Below are positions 59,266 to 64,000 of a DNA stretch of 64,000 nt, piece by piece. The stretch covers positions 10,237 through 74,236 of the forward strand of contig JAPLSQ010000076.1 of NCBI GenBank assembly GCA_026398535.1, read 5' to 3'. A model generated the notes under the pieces. That model was given only the letters and a program-made list of their open reading frames with translations. It was not told where the DNA came from and searched no databases. A program made the translations under genes and the position numbers. Numbering within the stretch: the stretch's first letter is position 1; every line of letters starts with the position of its first letter. The stretch comes from Candidatus Sumerlaeota bacterium (GTDB lineage Bacteria; Sumerlaeota; Sumerlaeia; Sumerlaeales; Sumerlaeaceae).

Positions 59266-60321
59266 ATGAAATTTTTTGACAGAGTCATGTATTCACTCGG
59301 CGCAAGGAAGCACGGGGCGGGGCGCTTCACGCGGCTCGCGCTGATCACGCTTCACACAAGTTTCATGGCCGCGCTGTGCTGCGGCACGCCGCAGACGCTC
59401 CTGAACAAGCCTGTTGTGTCGCCGGATGGCCGGTTTTCAGCCAATGTTGAGTGGGAAAATGCGGGATTCATCGGGCTGATGCGGATGAAGATATGCAGTC
59501 CTGCCGGCGGGCGGGTTTCGCGCATCGCGGAATTGCCGGGCATGAATCCCGAGCCGGCAAACCTCGTCTGGATCGACAGCGAGTGGCTTGCCTGCGAATC
59601 GTTCATGGGCGACAATGCCAGCGGATTCTTTTACGTTCATGCGCCAAGCGGCCGCGCCCTGATGCTTGAAATCGTGGAACCGCGTCCGGGCGGCGCATGG
59701 CTTTTCACCGTGGCGGCAAGCGACGGCCCCACCAGCCGGCCCATCCAGAATGTCGCCGCGGCGCGCACATGCCTTTTCCCCTTGCTCATCCGCAGCATGC
59801 CCTCCGACGAGGCGGCATTTTTCACGTCCGCCTTTGTGGCGTCACTTGTGGCGGCGAACGACGCATTCAAAACGTGGCGCATGCGCGAAAAAATCGTGTC
59901 TTTTGATCTCCATGCCGAATCGGATATTCGCGCCGGCATCGGCGCGCTGGCCGTCGCCGACGTCAACGGCCACCACGAGGTCATCTACTTTCCGGCGGGC
60001 GCGGCCGCGCCAGCAGAAATGTATTCGCGCGTCCGGCGGCAGAAAATCGCGCCTGACCCGCCATCCGCCATCGATCCGGCGGCGGAATTAAGACCGAGAT
60101 GGACCGGAGGAAATAATTTCGTCATCGAGGACAAGCTTCAGCACGCAGATGCCCCCGCAACCGCAACAGCCGCGCAAACGCGGCGGATCGTCATGAGCGG
60201 GCGTGTTGAAGGGGCCATCGACAAACCCTATGTCCCGCCGACACCCGCGCCGACACCCGCGCCAACGCCCGCGCCCGCTGCCGAAAATAAAAGCGCGAAA
60301 GATCACAGAAAAAAAAGGTGA
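59266..60321 (+). CDS. Hypothetical secreted protein with a C-terminal Pro-Thr-Ala repeat linker.
   Basis: N-terminal hydrophobic, lipobox-like segment (TLHTSFMAALCCG). C-terminal PTPAPTPAPTPAPAA is encoded by a 12-bp tandem repeat at about 60238-60285. No recognisable catalytic motif. Confidence 0.35.
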   Translation: MKFFDRVMYSLGARKHGAGRFTRLALITLHTSFMAALCCGTPQTLLNKPVVSPDGRFSANVEWENAGFIGLMRMKICSPAGGRVSRIAELPGMNPEPANLVWIDSEWLACESFMGDNASGFFYVHAPSGRALMLEIVEPRPGGAWLFTVAASDGPTSRPIQNVAAARTCLFPLLIRSMPSDEAAFFTSAFVASLVAANDAFKTWRMREKIVSFDLHAESDIRAGIGALAVADVNGHHEVIYFPAGAAAPAEMYSRVRRQKIAPDPPSAIDPAAELRPRWTGGNNFVIEDKLQHADAPATATAAQTRRIVMSGRVEGAIDKPYVPPTPAPTPAPTPAPAAENKSAKDHRKKR

Positions 60322-60633
60322 CGCCGCAATCCGCGGCAGCCTCGTATTCTATATATGTATATACGTAGCTCTAATAGCAGATGACGCGCCGGTGCCAGAA
60401 ACCTTTGCCACTACGCTGCCCGCTGACGAGGCCGGGCCGATCGCTGACAATGACACGAACGAGCCAATTGGTCTGCCTCGAGTGGGTTGCTCAACTTCTT
60501 TGATCCCGGTTTCTGCCTTCAGCGGTATATTCAGGATATCTGAATTTATGGGTTGACTCGTTGAGTTTATCCCCTTTGATATTCAATGAGTGAATCATAC
60601 TGAAGGTCATTTCTTTTGGTGAAGGAGTAAAAC

Positions 60634-61758
60634 ATGAAAACTCTTATTCTTATCAAAAGCGCGGTGTGCGTGGTCGCGCTCATGTCGGTTTCGCTTTGCT
60701 TGGCGGCGCCGGACATTTATGTCAATCCCGTGACGGGTGACGACACAAACTCAGGCGATGATCCGCTGCTTCCGGTGAAGACCATCACGAACGCGCTGAC
60801 CAAGGTGGACGCCGGCGGGACAGTGACCGCGGCGGCGGGCGCTTACAATGAAAGCTTCACCATCGACAAGGCGGTCCTGCTGAAGGGCGTCAACATGGGC
60901 ATCAGCCCCGTTCATGGCGCGCGCGGCCCCGAGTCTGTCATCACCGCTCCCGCCCCGGTCATCACCCTGGCCTCGACGGCCGAGGGCGCTGCCATTGAAG
61001 GCTTCGAGTTTTCCGGTTCGGCAAACGACGTCGACGACGGCATCGTCAAAGCCTCATCGGGCGGAGGCCCCAACAATGTGATCGTTCGCGGAAACATTTT
61101 CAACAACAACGCCAGCAGGGCAATTAATGCCGTCTCCACAATCGGCTGGCTCATCGCAGACAACAACATAAAGAACATCACGGGCACACAGGAATCCGGC
61201 CTGTTCCTGATCAGCCTCCAGAATGCGGTAGTCAGCGGCAATCAGATCACGACAACCAGCTACGCGGGCATCATCGTCGATTCGGCGCAGAACAGCGCTT
61301 TCACGGGCAATATGATCTCCGGAGTGCCCCAGCCGGGCATCCAGTTCGCAAACTTGGTGATGCCCAACACATGTTCGGACAACAGATTCACGCAGTGCAA
61401 TAATTCGCTTACCGCTGACAAGGGCGCGGTGACGATCTATGTGAACGTGGAGAATCTGACTGTGACGAACAACAACTTCACGGACAACTATCAGGCGGTT
61501 GCGATTCGCAACCAGGCGGGCAGCGTTTCGCCGACCGTGCTGGTGAACAACAATGACATCGCCGGCAACCGCGGCACTGCCGTGAACAACAGCGCGCAAG
61601 GCGGCGGCACGCTCGACGCCGCCAATAACTGGTGGGGCAGCAACACGGGACCAACGCACGCCAGCAATCCCGGCGGCACGGGCGACAAGGTCAGCGATAA
61701 CGTCAATTTCACGCCATGGATGACGCAGAGCGGCGTTCAGGAGTGGACATTGTATTGA
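60634..61758 (+). CDS. Secreted right-handed parallel beta-helix repeat protein (pectate-lyase/NosD-like fold).
   Basis: Signal peptide and repeated beta-helix rungs (NNVIVRGNIFNNN, NAVVSGNQITTTSYAGIIVDS, NLTVTNNNFTDN, LVNNNDIAGNRG). GAAGGAG RBS. A putative TTGACT-N17-TTGATAT promoter lies at about 60555. Confidence 0.6.
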   Translation: MKTLILIKSAVCVVALMSVSLCLAAPDIYVNPVTGDDTNSGDDPLLPVKTITNALTKVDAGGTVTAAAGAYNESFTIDKAVLLKGVNMGISPVHGARGPESVITAPAPVITLASTAEGAAIEGFEFSGSANDVDDGIVKASSGGGPNNVIVRGNIFNNNASRAINAVSTIGWLIADNNIKNITGTQESGLFLISLQNAVVSGNQITTTSYAGIIVDSAQNSAFTGNMISGVPQPGIQFANLVMPNTCSDNRFTQCNNSLTADKGAVTIYVNVENLTVTNNNFTDNYQAVAIRNQAGSVSPTVLVNNNDIAGNRGTAVNNSAQGGGTLDAANNWWGSNTGPTHASNPGGTGDKVSDNVNFTPWMTQSGVQEWTLY

Positions 61759-61766
61759 GCGGTCGG

Positions 61767-62351
61767 TTACTTTGTCTGGTAAATCCGGTTGCCGACCCGC
61801 AACCTGACAAGCGCTGAGCGGCCCGAGGGATCAACCTTGACCTCGGCGAGCGCGAGGATGGGGGTTGTGCTCAGATCCTGCTCGATTGAGTCGCGTTGTT
61901 CCTCGGAGAAATAGAATCTCTCCAGGCCATAGCTGACGCGCCGGCCGTTGTATGTGCCGCACAGAAAGACTTGGTTTGGAGGCAGGTTCACCGGAGGCGG
62001 ATTGCCAAGCGACACGGGCTTCCATGGCGCGTCCTGTGTCGCGCCTTCTTCAATGACGGCATAAATCCGCGTGCCCCGCTTGATATCCAGGGTCGTGGTG
62101 CTGAAGGCATTCTTGCGGCTGATGTCATAACCGAGTTGCGCGTAGTAGCCGCCCATTATGTCGTAAGGATCATACGGCTCGACCTTCAGGATAACGGTGC
62201 GCCCGTGCCATAGCGCTTGGATTGTTGGCAGGGGCACCGAAGCGATGATGATCGCCTGGAGCGCGACGGCGGCGATGTAAAACGCGAGGCGGCGGTTATT
62301 CACGGGGCGTCTCCCTGCGCTTGAGATGCCGCTCGTATTCGATGCCGGCAT
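61767..62351 (-). CDS. GDYXXLXY-domain protein.
   Basis: Motif VEPYDPYDIMGGYYAQLGY (a GDYxxLxY variant) after an N-terminal TM segment. It partners with the upstream membrane protein. Confidence 0.55.
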   Translation of the reverse strand: MPASNTSGISSAGRRPVNNRRLAFYIAAVALQAIIIASVPLPTIQALWHGRTVILKVEPYDPYDIMGGYYAQLGYDISRKNAFSTTTLDIKRGTRIYAVIEEGATQDAPWKPVSLGNPPPVNLPPNQVFLCGTYNGRRVSYGLERFYFSEEQRDSIEQDLSTTPILALAEVKVDPSGRSALVRLRVGNRIYQTK

Positions 62352-63666
62352 AAAGCGTGATCACGCCGCATGCTATGAAAGCCATGGATTTGGCGATAAG
62401 ACCCGTTTCATATTCGAAGAAGCGCGAGAGGATGAGCAGCACGAGGAATAGTGTTCCGAACCAGAAGCTGCCGCGCCGCGCTTCGGAGAGTCCGCTGGTC
62501 AAAACCGCGGCGATGAGTATCAGTGCGGCGATGTTGGAGACCAGCGGTCCGATCACCCGCATGCCGCGCATGTTGGCGGCCGCGCCCAGTCCCGCGGCCG
62601 CGAGCAGGCAGAAGACGGCCAGCACCGCAAGGCGGTAGCGCAGCTCGCGCGAATCCGGCGGATTGCGCCGCCAAGCCGTCACAAGCGCGGCCGCACCGCT
62701 TGCCGCTATGATGATGACGGGAACAAGCCAGTGTGTGATGTCGCGAACACGATCATCAAATTCACCATGTTGCCAAACACGATGGAAAGACCACACGTAG
62801 GCCGCGGCGGCCAGACCCGCGAGGCCGGCAACGGAAGCCGGCTGGGAGAAATCGCGCGCCGCCGGCGTCGAAACAAAAAACTGCCCGCCCGCCCATGCAA
62901 GCAAAACCGCCGCGAGCAACCCGAGCAGGCCGAACGCGGACGACATGGGACCCGCCATTCCGCTTCCATTCAGTGCCAACGCGCCCATGGCGGTGGCCAG
63001 TGCCGTGACAAAGAGTCCGCGAGCCTGCCGCACAACGGCCAACGGCAACACGGCGCCCATGACGATCAGTGGATAGTAATTCAACAAAAGGGATGAATCG
63101 TTGAATGGCCGCCTGTCGATAAGGAACCAAAAAATTGAGGCGCCCAGCGCAAGATAACCAATAAAGGCGCTCGGTAACGCCCATGCCGCCGCGAGACAGC
63201 CCGCGGCCCACCAGGCGTAAACGATGCTGGACTCGCTGGTGATGTGGAAAATCTGCGCCATGAGGATGATGCCGGCGCCGAACACAAAACAACCGCAGAG
63301 CGCAAGACCATGCCCCATGCGTTCGCGCCCCGGCGTTCGCAGGAACTGCCACGCCTTGAAATGGCATGAGAAAAGAATGGCATAGAGCGCGGTGATTTTC
63401 ATCCATGCGGGGATGATTTCCCAGTTGGCGGCAACAAGCGCGCAAACGCCGCAGCCAAGCAATAACCCCGCCGCGCCCAGAATGACTGACGACAGGAGTT
63501 TCCCGGCATCGCGCCCCGGAGCGTCAAGACCGCAACGGTCTGTCAGCCGCCGCGCGCCATCCTCCGTGATGATTCCATCGGCAACCCAGGCGGTCATCTC
63601 TTTTTTCAGAAATGCCCTGTTTTTGCCTGAAATTAACGGGGGACCATTCATATCATGCTCATTCAT
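62296..63666 (-). CDS. Polytopic membrane protein, DUF2157/DUF4401-like partner of the GDYXXLXY protein.
   Basis: More than 10 predicted TM helices after a soluble N-terminal segment (AFLKKEMTAWVADGIITEDGARRL). The track start at 63753 is probably too long; ATGs lie at 63666 and 63651. Confidence 0.5.
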   Translation of the reverse strand: MNEHDMNGPPLISGKNRAFLKKEMTAWVADGIITEDGARRLTDRCGLDAPGRDAGKLLSSVILGAAGLLLGCGVCALVAANWEIIPAWMKITALYAILFSCHFKAWQFLRTPGRERMGHGLALCGCFVFGAGIILMAQIFHITSESSIVYAWWAAGCLAAAWALPSAFIGYLALGASIFWFLIDRRPFNDSSLLLNYYPLIVMGAVLPLAVVRQARGLFVTALATAMGALALNGSGMAGPMSSAFGLLGLLAAVLLAWAGGQFFVSTPAARDFSQPASVAGLAGLAAAAYVWSFHRVWQHGEFDDRVRDITHWLVPVIIIAASGAAALVTAWRRNPPDSRELRYRLAVLAVFCLLAAAGLGAAANMRGMRVIGPLVSNIAALILIAAVLTSGLSEARRGSFWFGTLFLVLLILSRFFEYETGLIAKSMAFIACGVITLYAGIEYERHLKRRETPRE

Positions 63667-63766
63667 TTCCCTGCGAACGCCGGTGTCAAGCGGAAAATCG
63701 GCGTGCGCGTGAGGCCGGCCGCAAACAAGGTTGCGGAGGGCGCGGCGATCCAATCTGAATTCGTTA

Positions 63767-64000
63767 TTATCTCAGCGCCATCGGTTTGAGTCCGGCGCTG
63801 GTTTCGGCTTCGACGGCTTTGCGCTCGGCGGCTTCGCAGACCTCGTCGGGGGTGCGGAACAGCAGGCCGATGAACATGACCAGCAGTCCGCCCACCATGG
63901 CGTACCATGTCCAGGCGATCTGCGGCTGCCATGAGGGAAGTTGGTAGCGCGTCGGGCTGCCAACGGCCTGCATCACCATGTTCGTGAAATCGATGTGCTG
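63767..64000 (-). CDS. 3' end of an unidentified membrane protein gene. It is partial: the gene runs past the window end.
   Basis: The ORF is open to position 64000 on the minus strand. The C-terminal TM helix (WYAMVGGLLVMFIGLLF) is followed by a charged tail. Confidence 0.25.
   Translation of the reverse strand, partial: QHIDFTNMVMQAVGSPTRYQLPSWQPQIAWTWYAMVGGLLVMFIGLLFRTPDEVCEAAERKAVEAETSAGLKPMALR

Overview
This 64-kb window is high-GC bacterial DNA, possibly from the PVC group, with mostly housekeeping genes on both strands. The clearest accessory feature is a complete type 1 BREX phage-defence locus on the minus strand at ~39.4-54.2 kb (brxA-brxB-brxC-pglX-pglZ-brxL). It sits beside a tRNA-Lys(CUU)-cysS-tRNA-Gly(CCC) cluster and is separated from the tRNA by an AT-rich, repeat-bearing spacer. 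Inside the BREX operon, between pglX and pglZ, is a translationally coupled two-gene insert: an ABC/AAA_21-type ATPase plus a small DUF4276-like protein with a TOPRIM-like VEGxTE motif. Its own RBS and a 393-bp spacer carrying two mirrored 21-bp palindromes follow it. This insert is my best candidate for an under-described embedded defence module, resembling split OLD/PARIS/AbiL-like ATPase-nuclease pairs. Other accessory items are a compact IS-like element with 15-bp terminal inverted repeats and an IS4/IS1634-like transposase, a 10-bp tandem repeat array near tRNA-Gly, and a split signalling module (7TM-PAS sensor without output domain, V4R protein, soluble hybrid histidine kinase). There is also a second Hsp70 operon (J-like TPR protein lacking the HPD motif, GrpE, Hsp70 paralog) next to a TerB-like gene. 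The remaining genes include a partial giant GT84/GH94 cyclic-beta-1,2-glucan-synthase-like gene at the 5' edge, rpoD, pssA-psd-mltG, a GH3/PA14 beta-glucosidase, dnaK, mgtC, serA, nrdR and class II RNR nrdJ, cysS and rny. All calls are from reading the sequence and the supplied ORF track; no database searches were run, and several start codons are uncertain by a few codons.
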